From: Eledone cirrhosa
Lineage: Eukaryota
Assembly (NCBI GenBank): GCA_964016885.1
Contig: OZ024759.1
Span: 5,146,001-5,210,000, forward strand
Reading direction: 5' to 3'
DNA length: 64,000 nt
The translations under genes and the position numbers were made by a program. A model generated the notes under the pieces. That model saw only the letters and a list, made by a program, of their open reading frames with translations, ran no database searches and was not told the origin of the DNA. The stretch's first letter is position 1. The number at the start of each line of letters is the position of its first letter. Below are positions 1 to 12,600 of the stretch, piece by piece.

Positions 1-496
1 AGGAACGATTGACTTTCGTCAAATCGGACCGAGGAAACAATGTTTCCGTTGGTCTTTCCAATTGCTAATACTATCTATCGGTCGCAACTCCAGGTCGAAG
101 GAGCAACGTGAAATAAAGTAAATAATATATAATACATAAAATGGTTGATATATAATAAATAATTCTTTCTACTTTTGGCACAAGGCCAGCAATTACTCCA
201 GTGTATTACTGGTACTGTATTTTATCGACCCAGTAAAGGTGAAAGGCAAAATTAACCTAGGAGGGATTTAAACTCAGATAATAAAGGGCCGTAACTCTAT
301 GCTGCAAAGCATGGTGTCCTACCTTCTATAATATATCGACAGTCGATCAACTTCCATCAAATTGGACCACGGAATCAATGCTTCCATTGGTCTTTCCAAT
401 TGCTAATACTATCTATCAGTTGCAACTCCAGGTAGAAAGAACAACCTCACAACCTCACGATTGCAAATCCGATTCTCTAATCACTCAGCCTTCACT

Positions 497-890
497 ATCA
501 TCATCATTATCATCATTTTACATCCGCTTTTCCCTGCTTGTAAGGGTGGGACAGGTCTTATTAAACACAGCATCTCTCCATTTGTCACGGTTCCTTGTCA
601 TCTCCTCCATGAGCTTCAGTGATCTGAGGTCTGCTCTCACCACCTCTGCCCATGTTTTTCGTGATCTTCCTCTACTGTGTCTTCCTTCTACTGTGATTTC
701 TTGGCAGTTCTTTACCCAGCTGTCATCCACCATGCGCATCACATGTCCATACCAACACAGTCTTCTCTCCCACACACTACAACTTATCCCTCTTATACAC
801 AGTTTCTCTCTCAACTCGTCTATACTTTGTCGTTCACACACATTGACATCACACATGCAACAGCATATACTTGCTTCATTTCTATCCACT
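497..890 (-). mobile_element. RTE-clade LINE 3' fragment
   Basis: ERRLCWYGHVMRM...GRSRKTWAEVVRADL with a (GAT)n tail; a similar fragment lies at 48930-49285 (+). Confidence 0.85.
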
Positions 891-1138
891 ATATAATATA
901 TACTATGTATCAATAAATATCATATACTTTTTTTATTTTACTATATTTATATATAAAATTTATCATTTGATATTTGATATACTATTATATCCTCTCCACC
1001 CCCATCCTTAAGCCCCAGCACCCCTCTTGGGGCAGTAGCACCCACTTTGAGAACCTCTGTTCTAGAGGGAAGTGAAATTGTAAAGTGTAACAGGCAAGAA
1101 GACAACATTTTTCCAAACAAACAAAAAAACCAACTTAC

Positions 1139-1396
1139 TATCAATATAGTTATAATATATCCTTAGTTGGGAAATATCGTATGTTTGTCTGAGTTCAAGA
1201 GTCCACAATGATGTTGGAGAGCTCATTGTATGAGAACAAGATCTGTGTTGTGGGTTTTGATCGAAGTTACCATCTACAGCCAGGTTAGCTGACATTGAGT
1301 ACATTTCATTGCGACAAACATTGTTTTTCATTAGAATTACACTGCTTGTTTTGTCTGTCGTGGTTTGTGTAGCTACTTTACCAATAGCTATATTTC
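1139..1396 (-). CDS. Exon encoding the N-terminal part of an F-type lectin (fucolectin/FTP)-like domain
   Basis: ttttcAG acceptor and GTAAG donor; 258 bp, phase 1-1, open. Translates NIAIGKVATQTT...ANLAVDGNFDQNPQHRSCSHTMSSPTSLWTLELRQTYDISQLRIYYNYID, matching the NxAxGKxAxQ / AVDGN / SCSHT / WxxxL F-type lectin pattern. Confidence 0.85.
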
Positions 1397-1567
1397 CTGA
1401 AAAAGAATGAAAGAAAATTTAATGAAAGTCAATTACTATGAAATGAAATGGATCTCAGTCAGTTGAAACGATGATTGATCCAGTGGGAAAAGACAAATTG
1501 TTTTCTATATACTAAACTTTTGAAATATCTTTTACGTTATCTCTAAATTATTCCATATTTCCAGTAG

Positions 1568-1843
1568 AGGCATGTGGCCTAGTGTTAAGTGTGTTGGACT
1601 TACAATCATAATGTCATGGGTTCGATTTCTGGGGTGGGTTGTGTGTTGTGTTCTTGAGCAAAACACTTCATTTCACGTTGCTCCAGTATACTCTGCTGAA
1701 AATGAGCACCAGCAATAACTGTGGAGGGTGTAACCCTGCAATGGACTGATGTCCTGTCCAGGAGGAAGTCTTGTACTCACAGTCGCTTTATGCCATGAAA
1801 CCAGGATAAGCATTGGCCTAATGAGCCTTCAGGCTTGAGACAG
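1568..1843 (+). mobile_element. tRNA-derived SINE family B (representative copy)
   Basis: TGGCCTAGTG A box, GGTTCGATTTC B box, CTTGAGCAARACACTT core. Copies near 14349, 33140, 46968, 47163 (-), 57230 and 57890 (-). Confidence 0.8.
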
Positions 1844-2027
1844 TATAGTCCTATACGAACGAGACACGGTCACCCGACCAATCTTGCCTCAATTGGGACA
1901 ACTCCCGACTAACCCATGCTAGCATGGAAGATAGATGTAAACGATGATGATGATGATGATGATATAGCAACCTCAGCCTCAACAGCGACAGCAACAACAA
2001 CGGCATGATAATTAGAAATCTACTTAC

Positions 2028-2171
2028 TATAGGTTTTTACTTGGCAATCCGGTCCGGTCCATCCTTCTTCACAGCCATATGGGCAAGCCCCAGTTTGTTG
2101 ATGGCAGTCAGCATCGTTTAAACAATGGCATTGCTTGTTACAAGTATATCCATACCATTGAGATGCACAAC
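2028..2171 (-). CDS. EGF-like (MEGF/SREC-type) repeat exon
   Basis: catAG / GTAAGT; 144 bp, phase 1-1; CASQWYGYTCNKQCHCLNDADCHQQTGACPYGCEEGWTGPDCQVKTY. Confidence 0.9.
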
Positions 2172-3289
2172 CTATGTTAAAAGTTAGAATTTATCACACT
2201 GATGGACTACATTTCCACAGTTCTCTCTCATCTACAGTTAATTGTTTCTACTATTTGGCACAAGGTACCAGTAATACACAGGGGTAATTGCTGAATTACC
2301 TCAGTGCATTACTGGAACTTTATTTTATTGACCCCCCCATAAGAATGAAAGGCAAACCTTGGCGGGTTTGAAATCAGAACGTAAAGGTCCATAACTCTAT
2401 GCTGCAAAGCATGGTGTCTGACACTCTACGGATTACTGCCAATCCAATAATAATAATTGTTTCTACTTTTGGCATAAGGCCAGCCAGCAATTACCCCCAG
2501 TGCATTACTGGTACTTTATTTTATCGACCTCCGTAAGAATGAAAGGCAAAGCTAACTTCAGCAGGATTTGAACTCAGAACGTAAAGGGCCATAATTCTAT
2601 GCTGCAAAACATGGTGTCTGATGCTCTACGGATTACTGCCAGTCCAATCCAGCAATTACCCCCAGTGCATTACTGGTACTTTATTTTATCGACCCCTGTA
2701 AGGATGAAAGGCAAAGTTAACCTCGGCGGGATTTGAACTCAGAACATAAAGGGCCGTAAAAATGGTGTCTGACACTCTACCGATTACTGCCAGTCTCACA
2801 TAATTATCTCACCTAATATTATGGTCTGAGTTCAAATCCCGTCAAGGATAACTTTACCATTCATCCTTACGGGGGTCGATAAAATAAAGTACCAGTAATA
2901 CACTAGGGTATTTGCTGGTCTTGTGCCCCCAAAAGTAGAAACATAATATTGAATATATTAGATTTTGATATTATCTATTTTGAGAACATTATCTTAACAT
3001 TAATAAGGGCGGTGGGTTGGCAGTATCGGTGGAGGGTCGGACGCCATGCTTTCCAGCATAGAGTTACGGCCCTTTACGATCTGAGTAATGCACTGGGTCA
3101 TTGCTGGCCTTGTGCCCAAAGTAGAAACAATTATCTTAACATTAATATGAACGGCTGGTTACAGCCAGTTTGAACAGAAAGAGGTGAGAGAATTCTGGCC
3201 AGATACAGTCGCTTTAAATGCTAAAGGGTTAACAGTCACAGTTTGTAGAGATTAACAACTAAAGTTTGAATGAATAAAGATCAACAGAC

Positions 3290-3439
3290 CTGATAATGAT
3301 AATGTTTCGATACAGGTACCCTCTCCTTTTATAGAAATAGACCAAGCGTTTACATCCCCTGAACAGCTCAAAGGTCTGGTTGTACATATTGATTTACAAA
3401 AGGGTTCCTTAGATTTGTCAAAAAATACCAAAACTGTCT
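3290..3439 (-). CDS. Probable exon of the same gene, possibly the C-terminal half of a divergent lectin-type beta-sandwich domain
   Basis: tttcAG / GTCTG; 150 bp, phase 1-1, open: TVLVFFDKSKEPFCKSICTTRPLSCSGDVNAWSISIKGEGTCIETLSLSG. Splices in frame to the 2171 exon. The domain identity is inferred. Confidence 0.65.
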
Positions 3440-3867
3440 CTGAAATGAGAAGTGTAAATATATATATATATATATATATATCATCATCATCATCATCAAC
3501 GTTTAACGTCCGTGTTCCACGCTTGCATGGGTTTGGACGGGGGTATTCCCACTTGAGGCAAGAGTGATTGTCTTGCTCGCATAGGACTGTCTGGCAGGTT
3601 TTCTACAGTTGGATGCCCTTCCTAACACCAACCACATTTACAGTGTGGGACTGGGAGGTTTTTACCGTAATATACATATATAATATATATATAATATATA
3701 TATAATATATATATATAATATACATATATAATATATATATATAATATATATATATATAATATACATATATAATATATATATAATATATATATATAATATA
3801 TATATATAATATACATATATAATATATATATAATATATATATATAATAGATATATAATATATATATA

Positions 3868-5194
3868 TCTATACTATAAAGCTGATGGCCGTATGTAGGT
3901 ACAAACTTTCCGCCAAACGGCTAGACCAAACAGCACCAAATTTGCTCCATAGATGTAACTTTTTCCAAGTAAAAAAGTGAGGGTATTTTTGTCTACTGAA
4001 TGATTAAAGACATTATTTAAATATTCACTTTTTTAAAATTTCAAACATCAACACTTCCGGTTATACGTCATTCCTCAATTTTCTTATGACGTCACACAAC
4101 ATTCCCCTCTTTTTCTTAGTCTGTATGTCTGGCTGTCTGCATTAGATAACGTTTTTCGAAATATTTACTTCTGCGTTCACAGACTGATATTTTTAGTTTC
4201 AGAAGATCCCATTAAGGGTGAAAGCAGCGATTCTTTGCTTAAACTTTAATCTGTTATTTTAATATATATATTCGTGTACAGATATTTTTGCATACACAAA
4301 AACAAAAACCTATTTATTTCATGAAAGCACAGACGGCTTATCGTCATTGTTACTGTTCGAGGTTAGAGGACCACAGTCTTTCCAAGATCTGAGAACCATC
4401 AATGGCCATCAATGTTCCACTTACTGTTAGGCTTGCCAGATGCGTGGTATGTTACATGATGACAGCCATTGACACCTCACCCTGCTAAATAGCTAAAGTC
4501 CCTTCTCAGCTGCGAAAACCTTTTGCTATTATGCTGCACAACTGCGATATCGCCGACCCTCTCGCACTGTGGAACAACCACTGCGAAAGTCTAGCTGAGG
4601 ATATCCTCCACCGCACACACAGACACAATCCAAACCTAACATACAATGTCGTTTTCAATGAGGCGCTCATTTGTCTTGAAAACAGAGTCCTGGAGATTGG
4701 TGGTCGGCCTCTAGGCCACTACAGCTTACCTGCTCCTGACAGGAGTGTCCAGAGGTCAACGTCTACAGAGCTTCTTTGCGAGACGAGCTACGAAATCAGT
4801 GATTCTCCCATGGTCAATTGTATGTAGGATGCTCTAGGGTTAGCTCACCAAACAATCTTTGCTCCGGAGGGCTGAACAAAAAATATTTTATACTCTGAGG
4901 CTCTAACAATGTAATTTAAATATTTTCTGTTACTTGGAATTTCCATTATGGTTGTACAAATTATTGTTTGTTAAAAAATGTGTTCTCTGTTCAGCCTTTA
5001 TTGTTGTAACTATCAATTTTCTTTAATGTACTGGCTGCTGAAGTGGGGAATCTTAAAAACTATTGAAACCCAACACCAGAGCACATTAACCCCCCCAACC
5101 CCCTCTCGCTTACTTGAGAGGGCATGCGGTATCTTTCCTGAAAAGATAAAATGCCGGTATACTTAGCCAGGCACCAGCCGGAAAGGCCAGCTAG
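3868..5194 (+). mobile_element. Internally deleted non-autonomous Helitron
   Basis: A|TC 5' end; GC-rich subterminal hairpin and CTAG|T 3' end; Rep/PIF1 remnants VRGPQSFQDLRTING, LWNNHCESLAEDIL and FSHGQLYVGCSRV. Confidence 0.85.
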
Positions 5195-5418
5195 TAATAT
5201 ATATATATAATAAATATATAATATATATATATAATTGTTTCTACTTTTGGCACAAGGCCAGCAATTACACAGTTCATTACTGGTACTTTATTTTATCGAC
5301 CCACTAAGGATGAAAGGCAAAGTTAACCTTGACGGGATTTGAACTCAGGCCGTAAAGGGACATAACTATGCTGGAAAGCATGGCGTCCGACCCTCTACTG
5401 ATACTGTCAATTCACCGC

Positions 5419-5482
<64 letters not shown>

Positions 5483-5609
5483 CTCACTCTTCGTGCGGCT
5501 GTTACTTAAATATAAGTATGTATACGTACATACATATATGTATACAGGCGTACAGTAGTATGTATATATATATACATACATGCACACATATATATATGTA
5601 CGTATGGCA

Positions 5610-8600
5610 CTCAATGACAATGTCACAGATAAAGACAAATTCACCTCCTGCTGCAAGACGAGAATACAAGGACCCCTCTTTATTTCAGACACAGATGACC
5701 AACAAAATCCCGTCTCCCACACCCCTCCCTGCCCCTCCAACCCATCCATCCCACCCTCCCAACTTCAGAGTTGGTACCATGAACGTAGGCACATTGAAAG
5801 GTCGCTCAAATGAGGTTGTAGAGATGCTTGAACGTAAAGAAGTTGATGTTTGTTGTATTCAAGAGACTAGGTGGAGAGGGGGATCTGCCAGATTCATCGT
5901 TGGTAAAAAACGATGCTATAAACTTTTCTGGGTGGGAAATGACAACGGACAGGGTAGTGTAGGAATTATGTTAGCTGAAAAATGGGTAGATAAGGTAATT
6001 ATGTAAATATAGTGAATGACAGAATAATTGAATTAAGACTAGTTCTAAATAGAATTACTGTGACAATAATATCCGCTTATGCACCCCAATCTGGTCTACC
6101 TGATGTTATAAAGGACAGGTTCTATGAGATGCTAATGCACACTACCTCCCAAATAACCGACAGCGACTACTTAATTATTGCTAGCGATCTAAACAGTCAC
6201 GTTGGACAACATAGTGATGGCTATGATGGAATTCATGGAGGCTATGGGGTTGGAAATAGAAATGAGGAGGGTTTCAGAATCCTGGAATTCTGTGATGCAA
6301 ATAGCCTAACTATATGTAACACAAACTTCAAAAAACGTGAAAACCACTTGATCACCTATAGATCAGGGGAACACGCCAGCCAGATAGATTATATCTTACT
6401 AGAAGACGGGACAAAATGTCTGTTGTAAACTCTAAATCCCTCCCCCGTGAAGAATGCCCCTCCCAACATCGCCTAGTAGTTAGTGACCTCATAGTCAGGA
6501 ATAGACGTACTCGACTACAGAGGAGGCCTACCTTGAGGAGAAGAATATGGAAGTTGAAGGACCCCATAGCCAGTGACAAATTTAAAAGCTTATTATTTGT
6601 TGCCTTTGACAATAAGGAAGAGCAATTAGAGACGTGCAATAGAGAGGAACAGTGGCAATTCTTGAAAGTGAACCTGCTGAAAGCAACGGATGAAATCTGT
6701 GGCTGGAGCAGACCTATTGGCAGGAGGAGAGTAACTTGGTGGTGGAACAGTGAGGTGGAAGAGACAATCAAGGGCAAAAAGCAGGCTTGGAAAGAATGGG
6801 AGGATGGGGGGAAGTAGAGAGCACTATCAAGTGGCCAGGAGAGAAGCTAGGAGACAAGTGTACCTTGCAAAAAGGGTAGCAGAGGATAGAAAGTTCAAGC
6901 ATGTTCTGCAACGTGAGGACCAAAAACGTGAGGTGTTCAGGATTGCTAGACAATGTGTCAAGGAAAACCGTGATATTGTCGGGGAGAAGTGTGTCCGTAA
7001 TGATAATGGTGTACTTGCGCTCACTGATACTGATAAGCCTGGAAGTGTCACTACGAGAGACTATTAAATGAGGAGAAAAAGTGGGAAAAAGATAGTCTGC
7101 CCCAAATCGATCCAATGGTGCAAGGTAAAGGTAGTATAATAAGTAAGGCAATCAAAGATATGAAGACAGGCAAGGCAGCTGGGCCTTCGGAGGTAGTTGC
7201 TGAGATGTTGAAGGCATCTGGTATGGCGGGACACACTATGGTCACCCGTATAGTTAACCAAGTAATACAGAATGGGGTCATACCGAAAGACTGGCGTAGC
7301 AGCATCATCATTAACTGCTACAAGGGTAAAGGGGATGCTCTAGATAGGGAAACTATAGAGGCATTAAGTTAGTTGACCAGGTCATGAAGGTCACAGAAAG
7401 AGTAATAGCACAACTAATCAGAGAGCGAATTGATCTAGATGAAATGCAGTTTGGGTTTGTGTCAGGTAAAAGTACCACAGACGCTCTTTTCCTTGTACGA
7501 CAACTACAAGGGAAGTACCTAGCTAAAAGTAAACCCCTCTACTTAGCTTTTGTAGACTTGGAGAAAGCTTTTGACAGAGTCCCCCACTCCATTATCTGGT
7601 GGGCTCTTAGAAAACTAGGTGTAGATGAATGGCTGGTGAGAGCTATACAAGCTATGTATAATGAAACAGTCAGTAAGGTTAGAATTAACAATGAATATTG
7701 TGAAGAATTTAGTGTAAAAGTTGGCGTTCATCAAGGCTCTGTCCTTAGCCCCCTCTTATTTATTATTGCCCTTCAGGCTATAACAGAGGAGTTCAAGACC
7801 GGCTGCCCATGGGAACTCCTATACGCAGATGATCTAACGCTCATAGTTGAATCAATGGCTGAACTAGAGAAGAAATTCAAAACATGGAAGCATGGCCTAG
7901 AATCAAAAGGCCTTAAAGTTAACTTGTCTAAGACTAAAGTTCTAGTTTGTAGAAAGGAAAATAGGGCACCAGTCCCATCTGGGAAATGGCCATGCTCAGT
8001 GTGTAGGAAAGGAGTAGGCAGAAATTCCATTTTATGTCCCAAATGCAAAGTATGGGTACATAAAAGATGTAGTGGGATCACAGGTAAACTATCTAAGAAC
8101 GTAGACTTTATATGTGGTCAATGCTCAGGTGCAATAAGTAGCAAGTGTCCAAAGGATACTAGCTCCTTCCATTGCCCAGATGGTTCTATAGAAATAGTAG
8201 ACACTTTCCGTTACCTGGGTGACGAAATCAGCAGTGGTGGAGGGTCTTCTGGAAGTATAGTAGCCAGAGTCAGAACGGGATGGAAAAAGTTCAGAGAGCT
8301 TATACCGCTGTTGGCCACTAAAGGTTTCTCTCTAAAAATGAAAGGCAGATTGTATGATGCCTGTATACGAACAGCAATGCTACATGGCAGTGAGGCATGG
8401 GCATTACGTGCAGAGGACCTGCGTAGGCTGGAAAGGAACGAAGCTTGCATGCTCCGTTGGATGTGTAATAGTAATATGCGTGAACAGCAAAGCATATATG
8501 AACTAAGTGAGAAATTAGGAATAAGAGGGATCAGATGCTGTTTACTTGAGAGAAGACTACGTTGGTATGGCCACGTGATGCTCATGAAAGACGTCAGTTG

Positions 8601-9145
8601 TATAAAAAAGTGCAGGGCGATCAAAATTGATGGTAGTTACGGAGTAGGTAAACCCAGAAAAACCTGGGATGATCTGATAAATTCCGACCTTACACACTTA
8701 CATCTCTCTAAGTCAATGTCTCTGGGCCGAGATCTTTGGTGCTATGCAGTAATACAGAAGACCCGCCTTGCCTATGCACAAAGCGAAACCTACAGTCAGT
8801 AGGCACCTCTTAACCAAATATACACCCCAATCTACTACCCCTACCCTATCCTCCCACTCCCACCAACAGCATGAGAAAATGAAATCGAGTTTGTGTAGGT
8901 GTCACGGAAAAAAAAACACACAGTCCACGCTGTAATGTGGTCGTGTAGGTGACACGGTAAAAAGTTCCCAGTTCCACACTGTAAATGTGGTTGGTGTTAG
9001 GAAGGGCATCCAGCCGTAGAAAAAGTTAGTTCTATATGAGTGAGACACGGTCACCCGACCAGCCTTGCCTCAACTCCCGTCTAACCCATGCTAGCGTGGA
9101 AAATGGACGTTAAACGAAGATGATGATGATGATGATGATGATGAT
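5610..9145 (+). mobile_element. Near full-length RTE-clade LINE with stops and frameshifts
   Basis: APE endonuclease (GTMNVGTL, CIQETRW, IDYIL), RT (HQGSVLSP, LLYADD), Cys-rich PHD-like insert (CSVC..CPKC..H..C..CGQC) and a (GAT)n tail. Confidence 0.95.
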
Positions 9146-9164
9146 ATATATAGGAAAATGTATG

Positions 9165-9260
9165 ACCCCGACGGTAGAGCTCAAGCCGTTTCGACGGCTA
9201 TTTCTGGACTAAATTAGAATTTGTAGCCTGGTAAATAAATAGCCGAACTTTTCAAGGGGT
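9165..9260 (-). ncRNA. Type I hammerhead ribozyme motif, U3-A8 core variant
   Basis: ACCCC-UUGAAAA-[helix II CGGCUAUUU/AAAUAGCCG]-GAAA-CGG...CCG-UC^GGGGU; all three helices pair and the cleavage triplet is GUC. Confidence 0.7.
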
Positions 9261-9615
9261 ACTTCCTTATATGGGAAGATTGTAGCTGTCAAGAGGATTG
9301 GTCAAAAATTCCTGGTAAACACAATTAAGTCTATCATGGCAGTGGGTGGGAGGTGGGGATGGCTGAACTTGCCTGTAGAGCAATGAGGGAGTGGGTGGAG
9401 CCGGTCAAGCGTTGAAAGTGAAATCTAAACAGCAAATTCTAAGGATTGTGTATGAAAGTAGGCCAACTTTCATACTTTCCGCCATGGCGATTGGACTGCA
9501 TACCCTGCTTTCCAGGTTACCCTTTGCCACTGATATATATATATTTATATATTGAGTACTCTGGTGCATTATGGTCCTTCTGGTTCCTTACCACACCTCC
9601 TTTGTTATATATATA

Positions 9616-12600
9616 TATAACGGCGGCGAAGATTGGAAACCGAATCTGAGCTTTCCCACCTCTGGGACAAGCCGTGGTAAGTTGTTTACGCTCAAGAGAC
9701 TAACCCCTGGGGGATGTTAAACACAGGTCAGAGGTGTTTAAGCCTGACAGAAAATAGGTCAGAGGATATATCCATCTTTCTGAGTTGTTTACGCTTGGCA
9801 AAATAATCCCTTGGGAGACTCTAACCAAAGTTCAGAGGATATATCTATCCTTCTAACTTCAACTCTTATAAATACAGGGGTTGTTTACGCCCCGACAGAA
9901 AAGAAGTGATATACAGACAACACAAGTGGCCTTTACAAGCTCTCGTCACGAAATACCAGTCCGTCACTAATTTCCACTCCTGCCTGGCTGATCGATACAA
10001 CCACATATTCCGTTACAACTGGTGACCCCGTAAAACAGACACACAACTTCTGATCATCCACTACAAACGATGTCTCTAGCACACGACGATTCATCTACAG
10101 CAGAAATGGCAGTGAGGGCGGCATTTACATTAAGAATTCCACCATTCTGGGTGCACGATCTAACACTGTGGTTCGCGCACATCGAAGCGCAGTTCGCATA
10201 ATAACACACGGCCCACCTGTTGCTGCACGACCTAGAAGGCTACCACCAGACCGGCTGAAGTCCGTCAAACAAGAATTTCAGCACATGCTGGATATCGGCA
10301 TCATACGTCCGTCCAGCAGCAACTGGTCCTCACCCATACACTGTGTACCCAAGAAGTCGTCAAACGACTGGCGAATCTGTGGCGACTACCGTGCACTGAA
10401 CAACTGCACCGTTCCTAACTCTTATCCAGTGCCTCATCTACAGGACTTCTCTAGCTCGCTGCACGGGGCTCGCATATTTTCGAAGATCGATCTTGTGCGA
10501 GCTTACAATCAGATACCCGTTGAGCCCGCAGATATTCCAAAGACCGCCGTCACAACACCCTTTGGAATGTTCGAATTTCTGCATATGCCTTTCGGTTTGC
10601 GAAATGCAGCGCAAACATTCCAGCGATTCATCGATACAGTCACCAGGGGTTTACCTTTTGTATACGCATACATTGACGACTTACTGGTGGCCAGCAGCTC
10701 CCACGAAGGACATGAGAAACACCTGGATCTCCTATTCACACGTTTGCGTGAATATGGAATTGTTATCAACCCCAGCAAATGTGAGTTCGGAGTTGCGTCC
10801 CTTCATTTTCTGGGACACATCATTGACAAAGATGGTATTCGCCCACTTAAGGAGAAAGTCAAATCCATCATTGATTTTCCACAACCTATATCTCTCCGCA
10901 AACTGCGAGAATTTCTTGGCCTGGTAAACTTCTACGGAAGATTTATACCCCACTGTGCAGAGACAGCCCAACCACTCACAGATTTGCTGCGGCAGCGTAC
11001 AACCAAAAACGCAAACATCAAGCTCAGTGAAAAAGAATATACCGCTTTCGCTGAGTTGAAGAAAATGTTGTCCGAGGCTACAATGCTGAGTTACCCCAAA
11101 CCTGACGCCCCAATGTGTTTATTGACTGATGCATCCGATTTCGGAGGTGGAGGTGTGCTTCAACAACTCTCTGGCGATATTTGGCGACCTGTATCTTTTT
11201 TCTCTAAGCGATTAAAACCCGCTGAAACTAAGTACAGCACATTCAGTCATGAATTATTGGCAGCATACCTTGCTGTCAAGCATTTTCGACACATGCTAGA
11301 AGGTCGTGTGTTCTCTATATACACCGACCACAAACCACTAGTGTACGCGTTCAATGCCAAGCCTGACCGACACTCACCCAGGGAGGTCCGACATCTGGAC
11401 TTCATTTCTCAGTACACTACTGATATTCGGTACATTAAGGGTGCCACCAACTCAGCAGCTTATGCCCTATCGCGCATGGAGCTTAAGGCAATCCACACCA
11501 CTGCCACTATCGACCTCCAGAAGATTCCAGCGGATCAACAGAATGACGAGGAACTGCTGCAACTCCGGAAATCATCCTTGAAATTGAAGGAATGCCCGCT
11601 GCCCTCTTCTTCGGGTTATATTTGGTCTGACATCTCCACAGGCCGCGAGCGCCCATACGTGCCCCGGAAACATCGACGCGACGTTTTCTCGGCACTGCAT
11701 TCTCTGGCACATCCTGGCGTCCGCGCCACGCAGAAACTGATGGTTGCCCGCTTTGTGTGGCCCAACATCAACAAGGACACCCGTGAATGGGCTAGGAACT
11801 GAATCGTGTGCAAGAAGACGAAAATTCACCGGCACATCAAAGCCCCGATCGGTTCTTTCGCAACACCTGATGCACGGTTCCAACATGTGCATATAGACAT
11901 AGTTGGACCTTTGCGTCCTTCTCAAAACTACACTCAACTTCTCACCTGTGTCGACCGATTTTCTCGCTGGCCAGAAGCTTTTCCCCTGACGGATATTACT
12001 GCGGAAACTGTCGCCAAAACGCTAGTGTTTCACTGGGTTTCGTGTTTCGGCACACCCGCGACCATCACTACGGATAGAGGACGTCAGTTCGATTCGAACC
12101 TATTTACCGAGCTGACTCGTCTCCTCGGGTGCAAACGCATCCGTACAACAGCGTATCACCCTGCCGCTAACGGCATGGTAGAACGCTTACACCGCCAGCT
12201 AAAATCATCTATCAAGGCTTACGAAGACTCCACTAACTGGTTCGACTACCTCCCACTCATTCTTCTTGGTATTCGTTCCACTGTTAAAGAGGGAGTCGGA
12301 CATTCTCCGGCTGAAATGGTGTATGGCACCGTACTCACTCTACCCGGACAAATGATCACTCCTGTTTCGCCACAAGAACTTCCAGACCCTACAAAATATG
12401 TGCACCGTTTACGGTCATCAATGTCGCATCTGTCTCCTTCAGCCCCTAAACAACAGCACGTTACTTCACACATACCAAAAAGCATCGATACATGGACGCA
12501 TGTTTTCGTTAGAAATGACGGTATTCCATCGCAACTTCGTCCGCCGTATTCCGTCCGGGCCCTACAAGGTGATACAGAAATGCTCTAAGTATTTCGTCTT

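Noticed and set aside
1568-1640. tRNA gene
   Set aside because: A and B boxes run straight into a SINE body with no cloverleaf; the same holds for the other SINE heads.
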